From the NCBI GenBank assembly GCA_037431425.1, contig GCA_037431425.1_4129.1: DNA of 64,000 nucleotides. One strand, given 5' to 3'. Source of the stretch: a phage. Made by a program: the position numbers and the translations under genes. Each line of letters begins with the position of its first letter. Positions within the stretch are counted from its first letter, which is position 1. The notes below the pieces were generated by a model, which did no database searches, was not told the DNA's origin, and saw only the letters and a list, made by a program, of their open reading frames with translations. This document shows, piece by piece, positions 26,096 through 39,808 of the stretch.

Positions 26096-26668
26096 ATGAA
26101 CAATTTACTACAAGTATTTAAAATTGAAGTTGCAGGGACAAATCTAGATAATATTCCATATTATATGTATGGTGATTATGATTCGTCTTCCACAACGACT
26201 GCACCGACAGATAAACAGACAATTGATAAGTCAATTGCACTTTTGCGTTACCTACAACTTTCTCGTCTGCTATCTACTTATACTGTACCAGTATACAGTA
26301 CTGTTGAATTTGAGACTCCAGGAACTGCAAAAACAATCCCAACTGGTGCGACAATTACTGTTGGTTACATTAGTTACGAGCCATTTCTTAGTACACTAAG
26401 TGCCACCGAGCAAGCAGCATTAAGTACTGAAGAAATGAAAACAGCAAAAGCCGCTGAGATTATCCAAACACTAATCAATGATTCGTTGAAAGGTGATGGC
26501 ACTAATGCAATGGTAAATGAAGAGATCACCGTACAGAAAACTATCAATCGCAGTAAGGACGCACTTAGTACAAGTACAAGTACTGTTGATTTTATTGAAT
26601 ATGAAAACGTGTATCTAGATGTTCCATCTATTACTGACGCATCGGTAGTATCTTACGTTAAACTATAA
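26096..26668 (+). CDS. Hypothetical protein
   Basis: ATG 26096 with GGAG 12 nt upstream; Ser/Thr-rich. Confidence 0.5.
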   Translation: MNNLLQVFKIEVAGTNLDNIPYYMYGDYDSSSTTTAPTDKQTIDKSIALLRYLQLSRLLSTYTVPVYSTVEFETPGTAKTIPTGATITVGYISYEPFLSTLSATEQAALSTEEMKTAKAAEIIQTLINDSLKGDGTNAMVNEEITVQKTINRSKDALSTSTSTVDFIEYENVYLDVPSITDASVVSYVKL

Positions 26669-26691
26669 TTTTATAACATGGAGTTCTTGAC

Positions 26692-26886
26692 ATGACTAAC
26701 AAAACATTTTATGATCGTATTATTGAAGACAAGGGAGTTTTTGATAAGGTAGTTTATGACTTAGAACTTATGATCAAAGACGCACCGAATCCAAGAGTAC
26801 GAACCCAAGCAGAGTTTGCAAAAACTTATCTTGTTCAAGTTCAAGCAATTTGTGAAGCAATCAAAAAACATAATGATAGTGCTTGA
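26692..26886 (+). CDS. Small hypothetical protein
   Basis: 64-aa ORF. Confidence 0.45.
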   Translation: MTNKTFYDRIIEDKGVFDKVVYDLELMIKDAPNPRVRTQAEFAKTYLVQVQAICEAIKKHNDSA

Positions 26887-26911
26887 CAGAACAAAAGTTC
26901 TATCCTATAAT
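26883..26911 (+). promoter_or_regulatory. Consensus sigma70 promoter (TTGACA-17-TATAAT)
   Basis: TTGACA 26883-26888, 17-nt spacer, TATAAT 26906-26911; about 45 nt upstream of the IF3-like gene. Confidence 0.7.
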
Positions 26912-26955
26912 TACTATCGAACAACACATTAAAATCATATTGGAGTTTTTATTAC

Positions 26956-28018
<1,063 letters not shown>

Positions 28019-28036
28019 AATATAAACTTAAAAAAA

Positions 28037-28089
28037 CTCCAAGATTAGATATATGATAAATATCTAAAATAAATCTTGGAGTTTTTTTT
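28037..28089 (+). terminator. Long hairpin terminator
   Basis: ctccaagatt / aatcttggag outer stem with inner agatat/atatct pairing, then T8; A tract upstream suggests bidirectional capacity. Confidence 0.7.
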
Positions 28090-28102
28090 ATTATAAAGGG
28101 GT

Positions 28103-31128
<3,026 letters not shown>

Positions 31129-31129
<1 letters not shown>

Positions 31130-31920
31130 TGCCTAGTAAAAGCAAAAGTCAAGCCAAATTCTTTGCTATCGCAGCACATGATCCAGAATTTGCAAAGAAA
31201 GCGGGAATTTCACAAAGTACTGCTAAAGAATGGAATGCCGCAGATGAAAAGGAAGGAAATCTTAAAAAAAGTTCTAAACTTCCTAATAAGGTAAAAGAAT
31301 CAAGTATGCGTGGTTTGGTAGATATAGTAAAAGATGCAGAACTTGCTGATGATACAAAAGAAGAACCATGTGATATAATTGATGAATCTGATGATATTGA
31401 AAAGTTGGAAGAAATGCCACAACGATTTGATAGTTTTCAAGGTCAAGACCGAGATGAGTTTGTCGATAAAACTGCCAAACTAACTGGTAAACATAACATG
31501 GTTAAGTTCGCAGAACATAAAGACTATGATGTGTATATTAATAAAAACGGTTCTGGATTTATCGCTTATGATAAGTCTGGTAAACAGCTTGCAGTCGTTA
31601 GTGGTCATTTATCTAATGATGCAGTTCTTGGTGTACAAAATGTATTTGAGATTGCAGCCACTGCATCTAAAACTGGCACTAAAGGTATCATCTATAACAT
31701 CTTTATGGATATGGTTGCCCATGGCATTAAAGTGCTAAGCGATAGTTTACACACAGATGATGCAATTAAATTCTGGACGCGATTGATTGGCTCACATCAA
31801 GTTTATGTTGTTGGTGGTGGAGAAGTTCTTTCAAAGGCGAGTCCAGATAAGATTCATAAGTACTGGAGTGATGATGAGTCAAGTCCAAGTGCTGAACTTC
31901 AACTTATGTTAGTGAAATAA
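31129..31920 (+). CDS. Hypothetical protein
   Basis: 263-aa ORF, TAATG overlap with upstream gene, terminator downstream. Confidence 0.5.
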
Positions 31921-31923
31921 TAC

Positions 31924-31951
31924 ATCGGGGCATATTGTCCCGATATTTTTT
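31924..31951 (+). terminator. Rho-independent terminator
   Basis: atcggggc / gtcccgat stem (one G-U pair), then T6. Confidence 0.6.
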
Positions 31952-32013
31952 GAGACAAAAATCACATTGGTGATACAATGTTTTGTGACAAAGAGACATG
32001 ATAAGGAATTCAA

Positions 32014-33978
32014 ATGGCTAAGAAAGAAAGTGCTGTCCTACAGGAACATGATGTTCAACGACTAAACGATTATCAACATGCTCGTTTACGTACTGAGATG
32101 TATCTCGGTTCTCGTTCAGTACATGAAAGTCAAGTACTGATTTTTGGTGAATCAGGATATGAAGTTAAGAATGTAGAATGGGTTCCTGCAATTCTTACTG
32201 CTACGCGTGAAATTATTGATAATAGCTTGGATGAATTTAAAAAAGCTGGAACTAAAGAACCTGTTTTGAAAGTTGATTTCAATGAAGAAGAACTATCATT
32301 TGAGATTAGTGATAATGGTCGTGGTATTCCAATTGATTATGTTCCAGAGTATCAAAAAAACCTATGTACAATGGTAATGACTGAAACAAAAACTGGTCGT
32401 AACTTTGACGATTCCAAACGTGATGAAACTATTGGTCAGAATGGTTTGGGTGGTTCAGTTGCGATGATTGTTAGTTCTAAGGCAGAATTGGAAATTCATC
32501 GTCAAGGTCGTCCATATAAAACACAAAGCAGTAATGATGGTTATGATGGGTTTTATAAGTTCAATCAGAAGTTCGAAGAAGGAACTATTATGTTCCCTGA
32601 ACTTCATGTACATGAACCTACAATTAGAAAGGTACAAACCGATAAAACTGGTACAACAATTCGTTTTACATTGAGTAAAGAAGTTTTTCCAAATAGAAAA
32701 TTACCTACTGAATTACTTTACAGTATTCTTAAAGAAATGGCAGCCGCTAATCCGACTTATAAAATATTTTTGAATGGTAAACGTATTGTCATTAAAGGTA
32801 ATACAGAGAAAGCATTGTTCAATGCATCGAAATTAATGCAGTTGCATGTTAAAGATGATTCATTCAATTTTAACAGTACTTTTTATATTGTTCCTAATGC
32901 AGTATCTAACATGAACACTAACTTTCATATGCATGGGTTGGTTAACAATGCACCTGCGTTTGATGGTGGTACACATCTTGACACATTTAAAAAATTCTTT
33001 TCTTTGGGTGTAGGAGCAGCTCTAGAGAAAGAATCCAAGAAACGTAGAATGAAACCAAACCGTTCTGACATTGAAGAAGGATTGTTGATTTATAACGTCA
33101 CGACGATGAAAGCACCTTCGTTCAATTCACAGATTAAATCTAAACTAACAAATGAAAATGTAATTCGTCCTATTCAACAAGCAATGAGTTCTGAGTGGTT
33201 TGATGAATTGGTTAAGAAGAATAAAGAGTGGGTTGATGAAATTTTTGAACGCTGTGCAGCCCGTACTAATAAGAAAGATGCTGAAGAAGATCGCCGATTA
33301 GCTAAAAAGCTTCTAAAAGGAAAGGTTGCAAAATTACTTGATAGTACTGGTACTGATCGTTCACAGTGTATTTTATTGATTGCAGAAGGTGACTCTGCTA
33401 TTTCCAACATGGCAAGTGCTCGTATACCAAGTATTCATGGGATTCTACCATTGCGTGGAAAGATTATGAACGTCAGTGGTTCTGAAAAGACTAAAGAATT
33501 AATGGATTCTATGGCATTGCATGACATAATGGCTAGTATCAATTTAGTTCCAGGAGTTAAAGCTGACCGAGCAGACCTGAACTACGGTAAGCTTTATATT
33601 TGTGCAGATGAAGATGAAGATGGTAAGAATATCGGAGCATTAGTATGTAACTTCCTGTTCAAATTCTGGCCTGAATTGTTCCAAGATCCAGAAAATCCAT
33701 TTGTGTACATATTCAAAACTCCATTTATCATTCTAGAGAAAGGTAAGGAAACAAAATACTACTATGGTCATGACGTACATGAATACAATCCTGACGATTG
33801 GAAAGGTTGGAAAGCAACTCGTGCAAAAGGGCTTGGTACGTTAGAAAAATCAAACTTCCGCGACGCATTCACACATAGTGTTGCAGTAGCAATCACTGAT
33901 GATGGACGTCTTGGTGAAACTCTTGATTTGATTTTCAACAAGAAACGTGCAGATGACCGCAAGAACTGGATGGAATAA
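32014..33978 (+). CDS. DNA topoisomerase II large subunit (GyrB-like ATPase plus TOPRIM; T4 gp39/gp60-like)
   Basis: EIIDNSLDE N-box, DNGRGIP, GLGGSVAM, TOPRIM LIAEGDSA and DEDEDG. Confidence 0.85.
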   Translation: MAKKESAVLQEHDVQRLNDYQHARLRTEMYLGSRSVHESQVLIFGESGYEVKNVEWVPAILTATREIIDNSLDEFKKAGTKEPVLKVDFNEEELSFEISDNGRGIPIDYVPEYQKNLCTMVMTETKTGRNFDDSKRDETIGQNGLGGSVAMIVSSKAELEIHRQGRPYKTQSSNDGYDGFYKFNQKFEEGTIMFPELHVHEPTIRKVQTDKTGTTIRFTLSKEVFPNRKLPTELLYSILKEMAAANPTYKIFLNGKRIVIKGNTEKALFNASKLMQLHVKDDSFNFNSTFYIVPNAVSNMNTNFHMHGLVNNAPAFDGGTHLDTFKKFFSLGVGAALEKESKKRRMKPNRSDIEEGLLIYNVTTMKAPSFNSQIKSKLTNENVIRPIQQAMSSEWFDELVKKNKEWVDEIFERCAARTNKKDAEEDRRLAKKLLKGKVAKLLDSTGTDRSQCILLIAEGDSAISNMASARIPSIHGILPLRGKIMNVSGSEKTKELMDSMALHDIMASINLVPGVKADRADLNYGKLYICADEDEDGKNIGALVCNFLFKFWPELFQDPENPFVYIFKTPFIILEKGKETKYYYGHDVHEYNPDDWKGWKATRAKGLGTLEKSNFRDAFTHSVAVAITDDGRLGETLDLIFNKKRADDRKNWME

Positions 33979-34028
33979 TATAGGCTAATGGGGGACATGG
34001 TGTTCCCCTTTTATAAAGAGACAATGGA

Positions 34029-35441
34029 ATGGCTAAAAGTAAAAAAACAGAAAATCATAATATCGATAACCAAACGCTAACTCTACTAGATTATAACAGT
34101 TCTGATTATGTGAATACCACATCATTAGAGTATTCAATGTACACACTAGATCGTGCAATTCCTGGCATTGACGGTCTAAAGAGTTCACAACGAAAAGCAA
34201 TTTTCACATTATCTAAAATCAGTGGTGAAATTAAAACAGTATCATGTGCTGGTAAAATGATCAGCGATGGCATCTATCTTCATGGTGACACATCTGCATC
34301 AGGAACACTTCAGAACTTAGCATCACCAGTAGCCAATAATTATCCACTAATAGGTAAACGTGGTGGATTTGGTACACAAGTAAACAGCACACCAGCATCT
34401 GCACGTTACACATATGTGAGGAAGAATAAGAGTACTGAGATGCTTGTTTTGCGTGATGTGGATATTATTCCAATGAAAGAGAACTATGACGGGACAACAT
34501 ACGAACCAGTTCATTTCTTGCCTATCATTCCATTATCATTGTTTGGTAATGATAGTATGTCAGTTGGTTATAAGAGCACAATTCTACCACATAAAATTGA
34601 AGATATTATTGATAATTGTATTCGTGCTATTGATAAAAAACCACTAAAAGAAATGACACCATACTATGTGTCATGTGGTGCAAGCGATGTAGTAACCAAG
34701 CTGGATGAAAACAAGTACGAGTTTTATGGTAAAGCACAAGTCATTGATGCAAGTACTGTTAAAGTTACAGGATTACCACCTAATTATGGTATTGAGAAGT
34801 TCATTGAAAAACTCATCAAGATGAGTGATGATGGGGAAATTCGTGATTATGACAATAACAGTACTGATGTAATTGATATTACAATTAAACTTCCACGTGG
34901 AACGTCAGCTAAATGGACAGAGATGGATGTTATTGAGTATTTTGGTATTAACAAAAAAATAACTCAGCATTTAACTGTTCTTGGGGAAAATGGTAAAGTA
35001 AAAGTTTACGATACTACTATGGACTTGATTAAAGACTTTGTGGATTTTCGTTTCAAATATTATATCAAGCGTTATGAAAAGAAACTTGATGATTGTGCCG
35101 CAGAGGTTCGTTATAAAATTCTAATTAAAGAATGTTTCGATAATGATATGATTGCTAAGGTAAAAGGATTTGCCAACCGTGCGGAGATGGTTGAATTCGT
35201 TAAATCATTAAATGTCGAAATTCAAGCAACTGAAGATAATATTCAAAGCATTGTAAACTTCCCTTCATATCGCTGGACACAAGATAATTATCAATCAGTT
35301 CTACAAGATATCCAGGACAATCTAGATTTGATGGATAAGTACAATGAATTACTATCTAACCATGATCTGATTTGGGATATTTATAAATACGAACTTAAAG
35401 AACTGAAAAAGATTGATTTCACACCTAAATCTGATAATTGA
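34029..35441 (+). CDS. DNA topoisomerase II medium subunit (GyrA-like cleavage core; T4 gp52-like)
   Basis: AIPGIDGLKSSQRK and SARYTYVRK (candidate catalytic Tyr region). Confidence 0.8.
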   Translation: MAKSKKTENHNIDNQTLTLLDYNSSDYVNTTSLEYSMYTLDRAIPGIDGLKSSQRKAIFTLSKISGEIKTVSCAGKMISDGIYLHGDTSASGTLQNLASPVANNYPLIGKRGGFGTQVNSTPASARYTYVRKNKSTEMLVLRDVDIIPMKENYDGTTYEPVHFLPIIPLSLFGNDSMSVGYKSTILPHKIEDIIDNCIRAIDKKPLKEMTPYYVSCGASDVVTKLDENKYEFYGKAQVIDASTVKVTGLPPNYGIEKFIEKLIKMSDDGEIRDYDNNSTDVIDITIKLPRGTSAKWTEMDVIEYFGINKKITQHLTVLGENGKVKVYDTTMDLIKDFVDFRFKYYIKRYEKKLDDCAAEVRYKILIKECFDNDMIAKVKGFANRAEMVEFVKSLNVEIQATEDNIQSIVNFPSYRWTQDNYQSVLQDIQDNLDLMDKYNELLSNHDLIWDIYKYELKELKKIDFTPKSDN

Positions 35442-35451
35442 TATATTAAAT

Positions 35452-35480
35452 GGAAGACCCATTGGGTCTTCCTTGTCCTT
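35452..35480 (+). terminator. Rho-independent terminator after topoisomerase genes
   Basis: ggaagaccc / gggtcttcc stem, att loop, T-rich tail. Confidence 0.65.
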
Positions 35481-35482
35481 TA

Positions 35483-35490
35483 TATAAATA
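35483..35490 (+). promoter_or_regulatory. T4-type late promoter motif (TATAAATA)
   Basis: Exact TATAAATA about 40 nt upstream of ATG 35529. Confidence 0.4.
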
Positions 35491-35528
35491 ATCAATAGAT
35501 AATGGTAGCTTGGCTATGGAGAATTACA

Positions 35529-37922
35529 ATGAGAACTTTTACCCCACGTTGGGATATAAAAGCCGATGCTCGATATATACAAGAAGGACAAGACATTCTT
35601 TTGCGTTTGAGTATCAACAAAAATAGCACAACGGATGCTAGTTATGTATTAAATGAAGATGAATACTTAGAGATGATTCTTACAATACAATGCTTGGATA
35701 GTTCAGGTACAGTATTTGAACCAGAATCGCATTATACTTTTTTTGTGGGTAATGATGAAAACAGTTTTATACCCATTTCTGAAGGAACTACTGGAAATAA
35801 ATTTGTAAATGGAAAACATAAATGTAAAATTAGTAAAACACAATTTAACTTATCAGGCAGTTCTAATAGTGAAGATGTATATTTTATAAAAATTCATTGT
35901 AAAAATGACGGGACATACAACAATACCGAAATTATCAATTTTTATTTACAGGCAGTAAATGTGATGTATTTTGGTAATATTTCACCGAGTGGTGAGTTGG
36001 GAACAACTGACGCATCAATAACATATGATAGTCAGGAAGTTTGGGTTACACCTGGTGTAGAGATTGGTGATGATAAAAAACCATACTGTATTGGAGATGT
36101 TGATTATGGTTCTAACAGTACATTATTTGTACAAGGATTTGGTAGAAGACGACCTTTTATATTAGGTACTGACATTACGGATGATATTACACCCCGCGTA
36201 TTTTTCCCAGCTTATAGATTGGTTGATATGGATATATCGGAAGTTCCGCAGAATCACATCACAAATGATTATGCCGTTTTTAAACCAGCCCAAACCGTAT
36301 GGCCTATTTCGGGTATAAACAAAGAAGTTAAAGTTAACATTCAAAACAAAAACGGAAGCACAATTGATACTGGAATGATTTTCAACCCAAATGGTCAATT
36401 ACTTCAAACATTTTTGTACGAATCTGAAGCATGTGACACATATTTTAAGGTTGAGATTGTAGACATTTTAAGTACTTATGTAGATGATAGTGAGAGATTT
36501 GCAATAAATCAACGTTACAAAGCATATCAAATGTGGGTATGCCCAGAAGACATAGACACTATATATTCAATCTCTGATAAACCATTACCAAATCATTTGT
36601 ACCAATTAAAAGATAATGTAGTTTATCCATATGTAATTACTGGTGAGTATGACGATGGTACACTTAAGCCGGTATATGATAGTAGTGATTGGCTAGATTT
36701 AGGTTATTACGATCCAACTCTTGGTGAAAATATCATTGGAATGCAAAAAATATTCAGGGTATTAGTTAATGCAGAAGAAGGGAATAACATAAACTTCATA
36801 ACTGAGAGTGACTTAGGAACCATTCATGTAGGGGAATACTTTGGGAATAGCGTCTATCCTAAGATAGAAACTGATAGTAAAAGTCAGGTTTCTTATATAT
36901 TAGATGGTGGTGATGATATTAGAAAATATGGAATGGACTTAACACCAGATGGTTATCTAGTAGGAACTGCATTTGCTAAAAGTATGGATTTTAGTGCTAA
37001 TGATGATATTAAACTTTCATTTTACGTTAAAGCATTCAGTTCTGACGGTGGTGAGGCAAAAAAATTATTTAATCTTAAAATCGTAAGAGGTTTTGGACAA
37101 AATTATTTAAGTGCACATGTTCTACCATCTGTTTCTTTTGAAAGAGATTGGTTTAAATGTATTAGTACTTCATCATTTACTAACCAATTATTTTTTCGTC
37201 AATCCGATGATAGATATGGTCTTCAAAAAGTACCAAAAATGCTATTGAAAGAAAATTTTCTAAGTCAAACGTACCCATACACTAATCTTTCTGATATTAA
37301 GAAAGTATTACGAAAGAGTATTGTTGATACAAATGGAACCACTATTCCGAATGGTAAATTTAAAATGGTAATGGGTAATTATAAATTGTTATCAGCACTT
37401 GACAATCAAGGAAATTTGCAATATGATTTATTGTACCGTGAAGTTTTACCTGAAGGTTCGTTGGTGTCAGTGTCCAAAAATCCACGTCAGTACACACAAA
37501 TTGACAACGGTCTACTGGGTGAACTGTTCGGCTTACGACAAAACATATTCAAAGCAATTGGTGAAGATACAACCAACTTGATCAAAGATCCTACAGATTT
37601 ACAAAACCGTGGTATGTATGTTGATGCTATACCTAGTGTTAGTGAAGAGATGCTTGATACTGTTCCTAGGTTTATGAATCACCCCTATATTGAAAATAAC
37701 CTACAGAAAAAATTCATGCCTATAATTCCAGTTGCATATTGTCTGCCAGGCAAAGGTGAAGCATTTTTCAACACTTTACTACAGAATAATGAACATGGTA
37801 CAATGGTCGGTCTAGAATTTGAAATTACATCGGTGGAGTTTGGGTATTTTTCACATGAATCAGATAATTATGTACCTGATACATTTGTAATTACATTACC
37901 AAACAATAACATAGGAGTTTAA
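35529..37922 (+). CDS. Large hypothetical protein (about 797 aa), possibly virion-associated
   Basis: ATG 35529 with TGGAG RBS; late-promoter-like motif upstream. Confidence 0.55.
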   Translation: MRTFTPRWDIKADARYIQEGQDILLRLSINKNSTTDASYVLNEDEYLEMILTIQCLDSSGTVFEPESHYTFFVGNDENSFIPISEGTTGNKFVNGKHKCKISKTQFNLSGSSNSEDVYFIKIHCKNDGTYNNTEIINFYLQAVNVMYFGNISPSGELGTTDASITYDSQEVWVTPGVEIGDDKKPYCIGDVDYGSNSTLFVQGFGRRRPFILGTDITDDITPRVFFPAYRLVDMDISEVPQNHITNDYAVFKPAQTVWPISGINKEVKVNIQNKNGSTIDTGMIFNPNGQLLQTFLYESEACDTYFKVEIVDILSTYVDDSERFAINQRYKAYQMWVCPEDIDTIYSISDKPLPNHLYQLKDNVVYPYVITGEYDDGTLKPVYDSSDWLDLGYYDPTLGENIIGMQKIFRVLVNAEEGNNINFITESDLGTIHVGEYFGNSVYPKIETDSKSQVSYILDGGDDIRKYGMDLTPDGYLVGTAFAKSMDFSANDDIKLSFYVKAFSSDGGEAKKLFNLKIVRGFGQNYLSAHVLPSVSFERDWFKCISTSSFTNQLFFRQSDDRYGLQKVPKMLLKENFLSQTYPYTNLSDIKKVLRKSIVDTNGTTIPNGKFKMVMGNYKLLSALDNQGNLQYDLLYREVLPEGSLVSVSKNPRQYTQIDNGLLGELFGLRQNIFKAIGEDTTNLIKDPTDLQNRGMYVDAIPSVSEEMLDTVPRFMNHPYIENNLQKKFMPIIPVAYCLPGKGEAFFNTLLQNNEHGTMVGLEFEITSVEFGYFSHESDNYVPDTFVITLPNNNIGV

Positions 37923-37923
37923 T

Positions 37924-38235
37924 ATGTTTAATCCATTTTTTGACCCGTCTGGGATGACGGATAAAGAATTACAGTTAAAAATCAACGAGCAATCATTACG
38001 TTTGACATCTGCACGTGCGGCTGGTATGAGTGATATGATTATTGGTAATATGCAAATGGTGTTAAATCAATGTTATGCTGAACTAGAACTTCGTCAGGGA
38101 CATAAAGAGAAAAATGTTTATGATGAAGAAGACCCGTGTATCTTCGACATGGACTCGTATCTAACTGACAACGAAGAGGCTCAGAAGAAGAAAAATGAAA
38201 GTACAAGGAAACAGATTTATAAGTCCCAATGGTGA
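37924..38235 (+). CDS. Hypothetical protein
   Basis: 103-aa ORF. Confidence 0.5.
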   Translation: MFNPFFDPSGMTDKELQLKINEQSLRLTSARAAGMSDMIIGNMQMVLNQCYAELELRQGHKEKNVYDEEDPCIFDMDSYLTDNEEAQKKKNESTRKQIYKSQW

Positions 38236-38713
38236 TGTGAAATGTAATCTTAATGCAGTTGTTTATGCAATCAACTGTGGTGCAGATATCCAGTACTTAC
38301 AATTACAGGAAATCGATGAACCTGAAAGGTTAAAATTCAATGATAACTGTAAAAAATTTGGTTTAGAGCAACGTATGCTGGATTATACCATTGAACATGA
38401 TAAAAATCATGAACTTTGGCGTTATGATCCAGTATATGATAATATAAATCTACGTGACTTTTTTTTACAAAAGTGTACCTCAGATGAAGCACGAACACGT
38501 GTTGAGTATGAGCTTGAATTATATGAATATTATAATATGACAAAACTATTAAGATGTATGATCTGGCTCGTTGATTACATGGAAGAACATGAAATCTTTT
38601 GGGGTCTAGGGCGTGGAAGCTCTGTTGCATCATATTGTTTATACTTGATTGGATTACATATGGTAGATTCATTGAAGTATGACCTTGATGTGAACGAATT
38701 TTTGAAATGGTAG
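38195..38713 (+). CDS. Hypothetical protein
   Basis: 172-aa ORF; start uncertain (overlaps upstream gene by 41 nt). Confidence 0.45.
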   Translation: MKVQGNRFISPNGDVKCNLNAVVYAINCGADIQYLQLQEIDEPERLKFNDNCKKFGLEQRMLDYTIEHDKNHELWRYDPVYDNINLRDFFLQKCTSDEARTRVEYELELYEYYNMTKLLRCMIWLVDYMEEHEIFWGLGRGSSVASYCLYLIGLHMVDSLKYDLDVNEFLKW

Positions 38714-38755
38714 ATAAACATGTGATATAATGTCTATTGTAGTTATTATATCACA
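38702..38755 (+). promoter_or_regulatory. Sigma70-like promoter inside an 11-bp perfect inverted repeat
   Basis: tgtgatataat (38721-38731) and attatatcaca (38745-38755) separated by 13 nt; the left arm contains TGaTATAAT. Confidence 0.5.
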
Positions 38756-38777
38756 CATAAAATAAAAGGATTTTGAT

Positions 38778-39122
38778 ATGTCTAAACATACAACTTATCG
38801 TGGTACAACAATTGACATGGATATGCTCAAGTACCAAAATCAGCACCAAGTAGCATTGGGTAATGCAAATCTAAATGCACGTGGTGATAAAATTGGCTCA
38901 GGTGGAACAATTATCAAAACTCGTGAAGAGTTACTTCAAGAAAAAGAACGTGAAATGCAAATCCCTGATTATATTCCTGAACATCAACTTCATAGTACTG
39001 AACATAGTTCTGAAGAAGTATGGGATGATGAAAGCTTTGAAGTTATGCCCGAAGTAAAAGAAGTTGAGGTTTCTGAAGAAAAGAAAGCTCCACGTCGAGC
39101 AAGAACTAAAGAACAGGAGTGA
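38778..39122 (+). CDS. Hypothetical protein
   Basis: 114-aa ORF with AAAGGA RBS. Confidence 0.5.
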   Translation: MSKHTTYRGTTIDMDMLKYQNQHQVALGNANLNARGDKIGSGGTIIKTREELLQEKEREMQIPDYIPEHQLHSTEHSSEEVWDDESFEVMPEVKEVEVSEEKKAPRRARTKEQE

Positions 39123-39130
39123 TGTGTCAA

Positions 39131-39457
39131 ATGACTAATAAAGTAATGACTGCATGTAAAGGTAAAGTTCTAGTAACTGATCTGGAACATGGTGAACGTA
39201 AAACGGCAGGTGGAATCGTTTTAACGAACGATGACGGCAAAATCAGGGGTATTCGTTCTCGCTGGGCAAAAGTCTATTCGGTCGGTGAAGACATTACTGA
39301 TATTAAAGAAGGACAATGGATTTTAATCGACCACGGTCGATGGTCAAGAACTATTGAAGTTGATGGTATTGAATTGAACTTAGTTGATTACCCTGCTGCT
39401 GTTAGTTTAGTATCAGATGAAGATCCAAGAACAAAAATGCTAACCTTTGGACGTTAA
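39131..39457 (+). CDS. GroES-like co-chaperonin (T4 gp31 analogue)
   Basis: KGKVLVTDLEHGERKTAGGIVL...KVYSVGEDI parallels the GroES pattern; start chosen at ATG 39131 (AGGAG 11 nt upstream). Confidence 0.6.
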   Translation: MTNKVMTACKGKVLVTDLEHGERKTAGGIVLTNDDGKIRGIRSRWAKVYSVGEDITDIKEGQWILIDHGRWSRTIEVDGIELNLVDYPAAVSLVSDEDPRTKMLTFGR

Positions 39458-39515
39458 CAAAAAAATCAATTGAAGCTCGGATAGAAATCTGGGCTTTTTA
39501 TTTGGACAAAAAATA

Positions 39516-39785
39516 ATGATAACTGATGATGGTAAATTTAGTTTCAAAGATGTAACATTAGTGTCAAAGAATGGAAGATTCATGTTTGAGGATAGAAAAA
39601 ATACCAAATATGTATATGAAGTTTCACATGATATGTTTAAAGTTTTATTAGTTGCTTCAGCACAAGCTGAAAGAACTGGAATTAAAAATAAGGCAAATTC
39701 TTTTAATTTTTTATTAAATCAACTTGAGATGACAGAAGAACTTTTCACGGCTTTATTATATGATTCAGCCGATTGGATTCTATAA
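39516..39785 (+). CDS. Hypothetical protein
   Basis: 89-aa ORF. Confidence 0.45.
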   Translation: MITDDGKFSFKDVTLVSKNGRFMFEDRKNTKYVYEVSHDMFKVLLVASAQAERTGIKNKANSFNFLLNQLEMTEELFTALLYDSADWIL

Positions 39786-39808
39786 CACGTACACAGAAGG
39801 AAATACAC

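Noticed and set aside
33174-33998. Minus-strand ORFs within the topoisomerase large-subunit gene
   Set aside because: Antisense to a gene with clear GyrB-like motifs; no supporting signals.
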